From: Bdellovibrionales bacterium
GTDB lineage: Bacteria > Bdellovibrionota > Bdellovibrionia > Bdellovibrionales > UBA1609
Length of the DNA: 19,220 nucleotides
Direction of reading: 5' to 3'
Assembly (NCBI GenBank): GCA_041690295.1
Contig: JAWLHR010000029.1
Location: 1 to 19,220 of the forward strand
Numbering within the stretch: the first letter of the stretch is position 1; each line of letters opens with the position of its first letter. The notes beneath the pieces are model-generated. The model was not told where the DNA came from. It saw only the letters and a list, made by a program, of their open reading frames with translations, and ran no database searches. The translations under genes were made by a program, and so were the position numbers. Shown piece by piece: positions 1 to 8,179 of the stretch.

Positions 1-809
1 AAAAAGAGTGCGAAGATTTTATTGCGTTAGCTGCTCTAGATACTTTTCTTATGCCACCTTTCACCCCTGCTTTAGGCAAAAAAAGCGTCACCTCAATCAT
101 CGTATCAACAAACTATTAGCTTCAAGCGTATCTCAGCGCCGAATCGCAAAACTGCTTCACATTTCCCGAACCACGGTTGAACGAAAGTTTCTTTTTCTGG
201 GCCAAAAAGCAGTGCATGAACTTGAACATCAAAACAAATCCAGTCCCCTGGCCACTGTTGTTGAACTTGATGAGCTTGAAACCTTTGAGCACACAAAGTG
301 TAAACCGCTTTCCGTTCCGCTTGCGGTCGAATCAAAGACCAGAAGGATTTTAAGTTTTCAAGTGGCCCAGATGCCCGCCAAAGGAAAGCTGGCGCGTATC
401 TCTCGAAAAAAATATGGCCCAAGACCAGACTTCAGGCCGAAAGCATTGAGTGAGCTTTGTGAGAGTTTAAAACCACTCACCACACCTGATGTACATTTCA
501 AATCCGATCAAAACCCAATGTATCCAGAAATTCTAAGACGTCACTTTCCTTTAAATTCGCATGAGCGCTTTAAAGGGCAAAGGGGTTCGATTGTCGGACA
601 GGGGGAGTTAAAGAAGATCCGTTTTGATCCACTTTTTAGCTTGAATCACACGTGTGCGATGCTTCGAGCCAATATCAATAGGCTAGTGAGGAAGACCTGG
701 TGCACAACGAAAATTCCTCATAGATTGCGCCTTCATCTCGCCATCTATGCGGTTTATCACAACAATATGATTCGGGCGGGGCCTTCAGGTGCAGGCTAGT
801 GGGGCAGTT
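1..809 (+). mobile_element. IS1-like insertion sequence, left copy (5' part outside the window)
   Basis: Carries a transposase ORF. Bases 532..809 match the reverse complement of 18943..19220 at 265/278 positions by manual alignment. Continuous identity stops after ...GGCTAGTGGGGCAGTT (809). Visibly more AT-rich than the neighbouring betA. Confidence 0.85.
8..799 (+). CDS. IS1/IS1595-like DDE-fold transposase (5'-partial; frame is open to the window edge)
   Basis: [11 protein letters not shown] is the second CxxC pair of a Zn ribbon. [18 protein letters not shown] is an [12 protein letters not shown] (D1) and KSDQNPMY (D2) are acidic catalytic motifs. [24 protein letters not shown] aligns to the IS1 InsB IERxNxxLR..RL.RK motif. 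The first CxxC pair is missing, so the true start is upstream. Confidence 0.85.
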   Translation: MRRFYCVSCSRYFSYATFHPCFRQKKRHLNHRINKLLASSVSQRRIAKLLHISRTTVERKFLFLGQKAVHELEHQNKSSPLATVVELDELETFEHTKCKPLSVPLAVESKTRRILSFQVAQMPAKGKLARISRKKYGPRPDFRPKALSELCESLKPLTTPDVHFKSDQNPMYPEILRRHFPLNSHERFKGQRGSIVGQGELKKIRFDPLFSLNHTCAMLRANINRLVRKTWCTTKIPHRLRLHLAIYAVYHNNMIRAGPSGAG

Positions 810-2476
810 TTTGAAGGCTCGGGATTCCTCGGCGAAGACGGCGTGTGCCGGTAAAACTTCGTGTGCTCGGGCGGAAGTGGCGTGTTGCCGAGGATCAGGT
901 CGCTCGCTTTCTCGGCCATCATCATCACAGGTGCATAGATATTCCCATTGGTGAGATAGGGCATGGCCGAGGCGTCCACCACGCGAAGACCTTCGAGTCC
1001 GTGAACGCGCATGGTGAGCGGATCCACCACTGAGTCCGGTCCCGTTCCCATGCGACAGGTGCCGCAGGGATGAAGCGCGGTCTCCGCATCTTTCGCCACC
1101 CAATCCAAAATTTGAGCTTCAGTTCGCACGTCCGGTCCGGGCGAAATTTCGCCGCCATTGAATTCATCAAGCGCCGGATGGTTCAAAATCTTTCGCGCGC
1201 AGGCGATAGCCTCGACCCACTCCCGGCGATCCTGCTCGGTGGAGAGATAATTGAACCGAAGCGCGGGTTTTACACGGGGATCCTTTGAGCGGATTTTCAC
1301 GCTACCACGGGCATCGGAATACATTGGTCCCACATGCACCTGATAACCATGACCGCCTTGGGACGACGAGCCGTCATAGCGAACCGCGAGCGGCAGAAAA
1401 TGAAACATCAAATTGGGATATTTCACATGATCATTGCTGCGGATGAATCCGCCGGCTTCGAAATGATTGGTGGCGCCGGGCCCTTGACGGAAGAAAAGCC
1501 ATTGAAAACCGATCCAGGGTTTTCGCCACCACTTGAGTTGCGGATTCATCGAGACTGGTCGCTTACATCTGTACTGAACATAGACTTCAAGATGATCCTG
1601 CAGGTTTTCGCCCACGCCGGGAAGATCATGCACAACGGAAATGCCGTGCTGTTCGAGCTCCTTGGCATTTCCAACTCCCGATAGTTGCAGAAGATGAGGG
1701 GAGTTGAAGGCGCCGGCGGAGAGAATGATTTCCTTACCCATCGCCGTGAAAGAACGGCGTCCGATCGAGTACTCCACGCCGATGGCGCGCCGGCCGGAAA
1801 AAAGTATTTTCGAGATGAACGCACGGGTTTTCACCGTGAGATTCGGCCGCTTCAAAACCGGATGCAGGTAGGCGCGGGCGGCACTGAGCCGGCGCCCGCG
1901 GCGCACATTTCGGTCGAAGAGTGCGAATCCTTCTTGTTTGTAGCCGTTCACGTCTTCCGTGCGTCCGTAGCAATCCTGGGCCGCCCGTAAGAACGCCGCG
2001 AAGAGAGGATTGACCCCGGGGCCACGCTCAAGCTCCAGTGGACCGCGATCACCACGGAACTCATCACCGCCCGCCAGGCAATTTTCCATTTTTTTAAAAT
2101 AGGGCAGGCAGTGGGCATAACTCCACGTTGTCATTCCCGGATCCGCAGCCCATCGTTCATAGTCGAGCGGATTTCCTCTCTGAAAAATCATTCCATTGAT
2201 GCTGCTGCAGCCGCCGAGCACCTTTCCGCGCGCGTGATAAATCCGTCGCCCGTTCAAATGGGGTTCAGGCTCGGATTCAAATCGCCAATCATAAAAAGAG
2301 TGTCCGATTGGATACATCAGCGCGGCCGGCATGTGAATGAACACATCCCAACGGTAGTCGGGACGGCCGGCTTCCAGCACCAGCACTGAATTTCCCGGAT
2401 CTTTACTAAGTCGATTAGCCAGCGCGCAACCCGCGGATCCGCCGCCAACGATGATGAAATCGAAATTTTTTTTCAT
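785..2476 (-). CDS. betA: Choline dehydrogenase (GMC oxidoreductase)
   Basis: N-terminal GGGSAG FAD motif, [48 protein letters not shown] and [14 protein letters not shown]. Adjacent to a BCCT transporter. Confidence 0.93.
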   Translation of the reverse strand: MKKNFDFIIVGGGSAGCALANRLSKDPGNSVLVLEAGRPDYRWDVFIHMPAALMYPIGHSFYDWRFESEPEPHLNGRRIYHARGKVLGGCSSINGMIFQRGNPLDYERWAADPGMTTWSYAHCLPYFKKMENCLAGGDEFRGDRGPLELERGPGVNPLFAAFLRAAQDCYGRTEDVNGYKQEGFALFDRNVRRGRRLSAARAYLHPVLKRPNLTVKTRAFISKILFSGRRAIGVEYSIGRRSFTAMGKEIILSAGAFNSPHLLQLSGVGNAKELEQHGISVVHDLPGVGENLQDHLEVYVQYRCKRPVSMNPQLKWWRKPWIGFQWLFFRQGPGATNHFEAGGFIRSNDHVKYPNLMFHFLPLAVRYDGSSSQGGHGYQVHVGPMYSDARGSVKIRSKDPRVKPALRFNYLSTEQDRREWVEAIACARKILNHPALDEFNGGEISPGPDVRTEAQILDWVAKDAETALHPCGTCRMGTGPDSVVDPLTMRVHGLEGLRVVDASAMPYLTNGNIYAPVMMMAEKASDLILGNTPLPPEHTKFYRHTPSSPRNPEPSKTAPLACT

Positions 2477-2531
2477 TCCGTTTTATCTTTGCAATATCGG
2501 ATTCATGAATTCAAACCGCGGTGCGAATAAA

Positions 2532-2555
2532 GCCATTTTATTTATGCCATTTTAT
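2532..2555. promoter_or_regulatory. 10-bp direct repeat GCCATTTTAT x2 in the betA/BCCT divergent region; possible operator
   Basis: Exact copies at 2532-2541 and 2546-2555. Palindrome ATTCATGAAT nearby at 2501-2510. Function is inferred. Confidence 0.3.
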
Positions 2556-2579
2556 CGGTCCTTGTGGTCTCATTGGGCT

Positions 2580-4139
2580 ATGCAAAAAAATAAGACTCGT
2601 CCATCGGTCTTCACCGTCTCTTGCGCGCTGGTTCTGGTTTTCGTGATCTTCGGTCTTACGAGTCCCGAAGGACTGGCGGAAATCATGCAGCGCGCATTGT
2701 CCACCACGATCACGCAATTCGGCTGGCTTTATCTCATCGCCATGTTTTGTTTTTTTATTTTTTCCGTTTATCTAGCCTTCGGCCGATTCGGCGTGATTCG
2801 TCTCGGCGGTCCAGATGCGGAGCCTGAGTACTCCCGCTCCGGCTGGTTCGCCATGCTCTTTGCCGCGGGAATGGGCATCGGTCTTGTGTTTTGGGGCGCG
2901 GCGGAGCCGGTCTCTCACTTCGCCAGTCCACCCGGCGGCTTAACCGCCCAGACGCCCGAGGCGGCGCGGGCCGCGCTTCGTTATTCGTTCTTTCATTGGG
3001 GATTTCACCCCTGGGCCGCTTACTGTGTAGTGGGACTGGCTCTCGCGTTCATGCAATTCAATCGCAACAAGCCCATGTTGATGAGCTCGATTTACGACCG
3101 GATGTTAAGCGAGAGAGGAAAAAAGTTTTTCTCCGGCACTATTGATACCCTGGCCATTATCGCCACGGCGTTCGGAGTAGCGACCTCACTTGGCTTCGGC
3201 GCTTTGCAAATCGGCGCGGGATTCGAGAAATTGTTCGGCTTGAACAGCGATCTTTCATTGCACATATGGATCATCGCCGTCACCACCGGTTTATATCTCA
3301 CCTCGGCGTTAAGTGGTCTGGACCGAGGTATTCTCTTTTTGAGTAATTCAAACCTGATCCTGGCACTGATTCTTGTTCTTCTTATTTTCTTCGCCGGTCC
3401 GACCGCCTTCATTCTCGATTCTTTTACCACCACGATCGGGGATTATCTAAATAACCTGATCTCAATGAGTATGCGGATGACCCCGTTTTCCAAACGTGAC
3501 TGGGTGGCCAATTGGACCTTGTTTTATTGGGCCTGGTGGGTGGCCTGGTCGCCATTCGTGGGATTGTTCATCGCCCGCATCTCGCGGGGACGGACGGTTC
3601 GCGAGTTCGTGACCGGAGTTTTGCTGATGCCGAGCCTTGCGTGTTTTCTCTGGTTCGCGGTCATTGGCGGAACGGCGTTGAATCAAATCATGTTCGAGCA
3701 GATCCCTCTCGTTGATGTGAATACGAACGACGTCTCAATGACCCTCTTCGCTATGCTGGAGCATCTCCCGCTTACCACTCTGACGTCGATCATCGCGATC
3801 GCATTGGTGTCCATTTTCTTTGTCACCTCGGCGGATTCCGCCACTTTCGTTTTGGGAATGCTTTCGAGCGATGGGGATCCCAATCCGGGTGCGCGGGTGA
3901 AGCTGGTGTGGGGTCTTGCCATTTCCGTGATTTCCATCGTCTTGTTGATTTCAGGGGGACTTAAAGGGCTTCAGACGATGTCGATTGTCACCGCGCTGCC
4001 TTTTATGTTCTTGATGGTCTGGATGTGCGTGTGTCTCTATCAGGAATTGAATGATGAACTCATGGACCAGATCCGCCGGCAGAAGGCCAAAGATAAGCTA
4101 TTAGAAAAACTTTTGCGCGAGTCACCCCAGTCGGGATGA
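2580..4139 (+). CDS. BCCT family transporter, glycine-betaine type (OpuD/BetP-like)
   Basis: About 12 hydrophobic segments. Motifs WFAMLFAAGMGIGLVFWG, FFHWGFHPW, WTLFYWAWWVAWSPFVGLFIARISRGRT and FFVTSADSA. Start moved from 2451 to ATG 2580 because the longer ORF overlaps the betA start. Confidence 0.93.
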   Translation: MQKNKTRPSVFTVSCALVLVFVIFGLTSPEGLAEIMQRALSTTITQFGWLYLIAMFCFFIFSVYLAFGRFGVIRLGGPDAEPEYSRSGWFAMLFAAGMGIGLVFWGAAEPVSHFASPPGGLTAQTPEAARAALRYSFFHWGFHPWAAYCVVGLALAFMQFNRNKPMLMSSIYDRMLSERGKKFFSGTIDTLAIIATAFGVATSLGFGALQIGAGFEKLFGLNSDLSLHIWIIAVTTGLYLTSALSGLDRGILFLSNSNLILALILVLLIFFAGPTAFILDSFTTTIGDYLNNLISMSMRMTPFSKRDWVANWTLFYWAWWVAWSPFVGLFIARISRGRTVREFVTGVLLMPSLACFLWFAVIGGTALNQIMFEQIPLVDVNTNDVSMTLFAMLEHLPLTTLTSIIAIALVSIFFVTSADSATFVLGMLSSDGDPNPGARVKLVWGLAISVISIVLLISGGLKGLQTMSIVTALPFMFLMVWMCVCLYQELNDELMDQIRRQKAKDKLLEKLLRESPQSG

Positions 4140-4170
4140 CCCGCGCCACCAACCTCTAACTGATTCTCAA

Positions 4171-4899
4171 TTAAGGATTCGGAAATCGCTGATAGTTCTC
4201 ATCGACCGGGATGCCGTCCGGAGGAATCACCGGCGCGATTCCGGGAGTCGGCGCACCGGGAACAGGCGCACCTGGAACAGGCGCGGTCACGGTCGGATCC
4301 GGTTCTAATTTATGGCGCCGGCCACCCCAGCGGTGTTCGCACATCGAGAGCTTCAACTCCAGACGACGAACTCGGTCCAAGTCAGCGCGCACATAACTGA
4401 TCGCATTTCTGCCGCCGATCACATGAAGAACATCTTTCTCCAACAACAGGGACGCGTGTTGGCCGGAACCAAACGGTGTCACTCGCAGTTCAGGTAAATA
4501 GTAAGAATTGATTTGCGCCGGAGTGAAATATCCCGCTACGCTCACATGACCGACAAAAGCCATCTGGCGATAGTTCGCCGAGGACGGCAAGAGATCATTG
4601 GCGTGACGGTAAACTTCGCCGCGATCGGTGATGGACCAAGCATCGAGACGGTATCGGCCATCAGCCTGGTTTTGCATGATACCATAATCGCCCCAGGCAT
4701 GACTTCTTCGCACTTTTTCGCAGAGTCCGTCATACTCAAGGAGATAATCTTCAGCCATGAGTTGAGTTGTTTTTTGATTCACCCATACACCGGCGTAGGG
4801 CATTGAATTCTTCTTTTTGCTTCTGGATTTCTGACAGGCCGGCAAGATTGTAACGGCCGCTACCAATAGCAAAGACAATTTCCATCCTTTGGAAAACAT
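4171..4899 (-). CDS. Hypothetical lipoprotein with Pro-rich C-terminal tail
   Basis: Basic N-terminus, hydrophobic core and lipobox-like ILPA-C. Strong RBS GGAGGT at 4911-4906. C-terminal APVPG-APVPG-APTPG. Confidence 0.75.
   Translation of the reverse strand: MFSKGWKLSLLLVAAVTILPACQKSRSKKKNSMPYAGVWVNQKTTQLMAEDYLLEYDGLCEKVRRSHAWGDYGIMQNQADGRYRLDAWSITDRGEVYRHANDLLPSSANYRQMAFVGHVSVAGYFTPAQINSYYLPELRVTPFGSGQHASLLLEKDVLHVIGGRNAISYVRADLDRVRRLELKLSMCEHRWGGRRHKLEPDPTVTAPVPGAPVPGAPTPGIAPVIPPDGIPVDENYQRFPNP
4229..4285 (-). repeat. Imperfect 15-bp coding tandem repeat (APVPG/APTPG)
   Basis: Units gtcggcgcaccggga, acaggcgcacctgga, acaggcgcg on the + strand. Confidence 0.7.
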
Positions 4900-4937
4900 A
4901 AAACCACCTCCAGCGGTTTAATAACGAGAGAGCGTAT

Positions 4938-4977
4938 TACACGTTCTATGCCAGGCTCAGTGCCGATTTACGGCACT
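4938..4977 (-). promoter_or_regulatory. Possible sigma54-like -24/-12 site with an adjacent 7-bp inverted repeat upstream of the lipoprotein gene
   Basis: Minus strand TGGCATAGAACGTGTA (4953-4938) has correct spacing but GT instead of GC at -12. Inverted repeat AGTGCCG-attta-CGGCACT at 4959-4977. Confidence 0.3.
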
Positions 4978-5020
4978 TTGGGGGTGTCATTCGTGAATTA
5001 TCTTCAGAGGTGTTAGGGAA

Positions 5021-5989
5021 TCAGCTAGCTTTGACTTCGAGAACGACCGTGCCGTGGAATGTGCGGGCGATATTGCCATAAGCGTCCACGGCTTTCACTT
5101 GCACCTTCATCGGATTTCCCGCCAGGTACTCCTTGGGTGCATCAAGGATCAAGCGGGCGGCCGGGCCCGGCAACCATTCCAGTTTACAGGGCGAGGGCGT
5201 TTGGAAATCGTGCGGTTCGTGGCAGTGAAGATTCAATTCCCAGTTCTCCGCTTTGGTGTGATTGAAAACCACTTGTGCTTGGCCGTTTTCAATGTTCGCG
5301 GTCACTTCTTTGGGCATGGAGCCACGAACTTGGACGGCCACACTGCCGTTGAAGTGGTTGCAAAGGTTTCCGCGTTCATCCACCGCGCGAATTTCAATTT
5401 TCAGATCCTGACCCACCGTTTGCTGCGTCGGCACGGTCCATTCAATTTTCGCGGGTTTCAGGGCCTTCACGTGAACTTTGACCGGCTCGGGCGTTTTGAT
5501 CAGGGTTGAGGACGTGGAATCCTGAACCACCAATTCCATCTGTCCGGGGCCGGGCGGGTTGATATCGATTTCTCCGACCCCGTTAATCAGTTTCACTTTC
5601 GCCGGCCCGATCTTAGCGGCGGGGGGCTCTTTCAGTTCGGTGCGAATCGGTTCAATACGAAGGGATTCGGTGCGCACCGGCTCACTGGTCGCTTGAGTTG
5701 ATTTAGCGGCCGCCAGCTTGGTCACCAGTTCACGGGAGGGGCGGCGCAAAATCGTGTCTTCGCGCACGGGAGGAGGCCCTCCGCCTTCGGTTTTCGCCCG
5801 TGGCGCGGGATCGGATTGTCCGGCCGCCCAGGGGAATTTCTCAACCAGCAAGACCCAATCTTCTTTCTCATCATCGTAAACATAGTCGATCGGGAGGATT
5901 TCACCGGCGGCCCATTTCATCTTCAGTTCTTGCTCGTCGAAAGGGCCGATTTGTTCCTCGAGATGTGAAACCACGAACTTCTGGCTCAT
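5021..5989 (-). CDS. GYF_2 (DUF4339-like) domain protein with C-terminal Ig-like beta repeats
   Basis: N-terminal EEQIGPFDEQEL...GEILPIDYVY...EDW is the GYF_2 pattern. Pro/charged linker follows. Two AVDxxGN-containing beta-rich repeats. No signal peptide or TM segment. Confidence 0.75.
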   Translation of the reverse strand: MSQKFVVSHLEEQIGPFDEQELKMKWAAGEILPIDYVYDDEKEDWVLLVEKFPWAAGQSDPAPRAKTEGGGPPPVREDTILRRPSRELVTKLAAAKSTQATSEPVRTESLRIEPIRTELKEPPAAKIGPAKVKLINGVGEIDINPPGPGQMELVVQDSTSSTLIKTPEPVKVHVKALKPAKIEWTVPTQQTVGQDLKIEIRAVDERGNLCNHFNGSVAVQVRGSMPKEVTANIENGQAQVVFNHTKAENWELNLHCHEPHDFQTPSPCKLEWLPGPAARLILDAPKEYLAGNPMKVQVKAVDAYGNIARTFHGTVVLEVKAS

Positions 5990-6101
5990 GCTTAAACTAT
6001 CGGCGGGCCACGTTAAAGGATTAACGGTTTTGCGGCATTCCCTCGACCTTGGGTGGGGTTTTTGTTAGAAAAATAGAAGTTCGACACCGGAGGTGTTTCT
6101 T

Positions 6102-6683
6102 ATGCGCATGTTCGCATTATCCGTTCTCTTCCTCGGCCTGACTTCGTGTGGAATTCAGTCCATTCCTCAGGCGGAAAACCAGGTGGAAGCCGCGATGGCC
6201 GAAGTGACCAATCAGTATAAGCGCCGGGCCGATTTGGTGCCCAGTCTGGTGAATGTGGTGAAGGGCTACGCTTCGCATGAAATGGAAACCTTACTTGCCG
6301 TCACCGAAGCGCGCGCCAAGGCCACGTCGGTTCAAATCGATCCAAGTAAAGCCACTCCGGAAGATATCGCCAAATTCCAGGATGCCCAAGGACAGCTCAG
6401 TCAGGCCTTGGGGCGATTGATGGTTTTGGTCGAGCGCTATCCGGACCTGAAGGCCAATGAGAACTTTCGGGATCTGCAGGCCCAATTGGAGGGTACGGAA
6501 AACCGAATCACCATCGCCCGACAAAGGTTGATCGAAGCCATTCGTGAATTCAACAATCTGGTTTCTGTCCCACCCACAAGTTGGACTAATGCGATTTTTT
6601 ACCGCAAGGAGAAGAAGCCGCAGTGGGATGTGGCGGAAGGCGAGCGCCAGAAAATTGAAGCGCCGCCGCCCGTTCAATTCTAA
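6102..6683 (+). CDS. lemA: LemA family protein (lipoprotein-type N-terminus)
   Basis: QYKRRADLVPSLVNVVKGYASHE, ERYPDLKANENFRDLQAQLEGTENRI. Lipobox LTSC. RBS GGAGG at 6089-6093 favours ATG 6102. Confidence 0.93.
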   Translation: MRMFALSVLFLGLTSCGIQSIPQAENQVEAAMAEVTNQYKRRADLVPSLVNVVKGYASHEMETLLAVTEARAKATSVQIDPSKATPEDIAKFQDAQGQLSQALGRLMVLVERYPDLKANENFRDLQAQLEGTENRITIARQRLIEAIREFNNLVSVPPTSWTNAIFYRKEKKPQWDVAEGERQKIEAPPPVQF

Positions 6684-6685
6684 CG

Positions 6686-7420
6686 ATGGCGAACATTCTT
6701 CTTTTATTTTCTCTTGTTTTCAGCGCGTGGTCTGAGTTCACGGTACCGCCGTTGACGTCACCCGTGATGGATGAGGCGCGAATTCTTTCGCCACAGACGC
6801 GCCAAGGCCTTGATCGGTTATTGCGTAGGCTCCATCAGAGCGGTGGAACACAGATCGCGGTGTTAACCGTACCGGATCTTGGTGGCGTTCCTCTGGAAGA
6901 AGCATCCATCAAAGTGGCCGAGCAGTGGCAATTGGGCTCGGCCAAAGAAGATAACGGAGTGCTCGTGCTGGTCGCGCTCAAGGAAAGAAGAATCCGCATT
7001 GAAGTGGGGCAGGGGCGTGAAGGCGTACTTCCTGATGTGATCGCCTCGCGGATCATTCGAAACGTCATGATCCCGCGCTTTCGCGCGGACAATGCGGATC
7101 GCGCCATCACCGACGGCGTGTTCGCCATTCTCAGTTACACGGATCCTGAATTTTTGGAAAAAGGCGGATATGCCGCGAGACACACGACGATCAACGAGAG
7201 CACGGTGGAAACGATCGTCTTTCTCTTTTTTCTTTTCGCGGTGATTTTAAGTTTGCTTCTGTCACGCGGTCGCCGCCGTTCACTTTGGGGATTTCCCATT
7301 GGTTATGGTGCCGGACGATGGAGTCGCCATGGTGGGTTCGGCGGCGGATTCGGTGGTGGTGGCGGCTGGTCCGGTGGCGGCGGTGGATTTAGCGGCGGCG
7401 GCGCCTCGGGAGGTTGGTAA
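6686..7420 (+). CDS. TPM domain protein (YgcG-like) with TM helix and Gly-rich tail
   Basis: V.DEARIL, QIAVLTV, WQLG..EDNGVLVLVA..ERRIRIEVGQGREG.LPD. Ends GGGGGFSGGGASGGW. Follows lemA by 2 bp. Confidence 0.92.
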   Translation: MANILLLFSLVFSAWSEFTVPPLTSPVMDEARILSPQTRQGLDRLLRRLHQSGGTQIAVLTVPDLGGVPLEEASIKVAEQWQLGSAKEDNGVLVLVALKERRIRIEVGQGREGVLPDVIASRIIRNVMIPRFRADNADRAITDGVFAILSYTDPEFLEKGGYAARHTTINESTVETIVFLFFLFAVILSLLLSRGRRRSLWGFPIGYGAGRWSRHGGFGGGFGGGGGWSGGGGGFSGGGASGGW

Positions 7421-7423
7421 AAA

Positions 7424-8068
7424 ATGAAAATCGTGAACCCGCTTTCCGAAAAAGATCTTCGTCACTTGGAAAATGTCATTCACGAAGTGGAGCAAAAAAC
7501 CAGCGGTGAGATCCGCTTGATCATCGTTCGTCGCTCCATTGTTTTTTCGACACTTCTCTTTATGACTCTTTGGGGTTGGATCAGTTCATTGGCCTTTGTG
7601 GTTGTTTGGTTTGAGCGGCATCAATTCATCTGGTTGGCGGATTGGTGGTTGGTGCCGGCCATTCTGGTTTTCGCGGGCCTCATCGCTTGGGCCATTTCCC
7701 GACAAGCTTATTTCATTCGGATGTTTTGTCCCGCCCAAGATATGCGACGCGCGGTTTTGCTACGCGCGGAATTGGAATTTCACCGCGAAGGTTTGGCGAA
7801 GACATCGGGCCAAACGGGCATCTTACTTTTCTTATCACTGCTCGAGCATCAGGCCGTGGTGCTGGCCGATCAAGCCATCGCCGCTCGCTTGCCGGATTCA
7901 ACCTGGGAAGATGTGGTGCGGACCATGCTCAAGGGGGCAAACGGGCAACATTGGGTGGAGTCACTTGAGGAAGCGTTGCGTCAGTGTGGGGAAAAGTTGC
8001 GGGAACATTTTCCAATTCAAGCGGACGATCATAACGAATTAGCGAATCACGTGGTTGTAAAAGACTAA
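7424..8068 (+). CDS. TPM domain membrane protein (second partner of lemA operons)
   Basis: EQKTSGEI, two TM helices, TGILLFLSLLEHQAVVLAD, HFP...D.NEL.N. Typical third gene of lemA-TPM-TPM operons. Confidence 0.88.
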   Translation: MKIVNPLSEKDLRHLENVIHEVEQKTSGEIRLIIVRRSIVFSTLLFMTLWGWISSLAFVVVWFERHQFIWLADWWLVPAILVFAGLIAWAISRQAYFIRMFCPAQDMRRAVLLRAELEFHREGLAKTSGQTGILLFLSLLEHQAVVLADQAIAARLPDSTWEDVVRTMLKGANGQHWVESLEEALRQCGEKLREHFPIQADDHNELANHVVVKD

Positions 8069-8179
8069 TGACCGAGCTATCCACTGGCACCGGGAATTAA
8101 TTCCACATAGATCTCGTGGACTGGGGCTCGTCTGATCGCTATAAGCTCCTCACGAAAATTACAGTCAATTGGAGGAACA

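Noticed and set aside
2451..2579. N-terminal extension of the BCCT ORF (and similar extensions of maeB 15052-15093 and fadJ 16476-16538)
   Set aside because: These overlap neighbouring genes or promoters. Better starts exist downstream, with an RBS (maeB), translational coupling (fadJ) or no overlap with betA (BCCT).
4229..4285. Short tandem repeats considered as a mini CRISPR array or contingency locus
   Set aside because: The units are in-frame, degenerate 15-mers without spacers, explained by the Pro-rich peptide.
7328..7420. GGC/GGT-rich low-complexity tract
   Set aside because: It encodes the ordinary Gly-rich tail of YgcG-type TPM proteins and is not an independent repeat.
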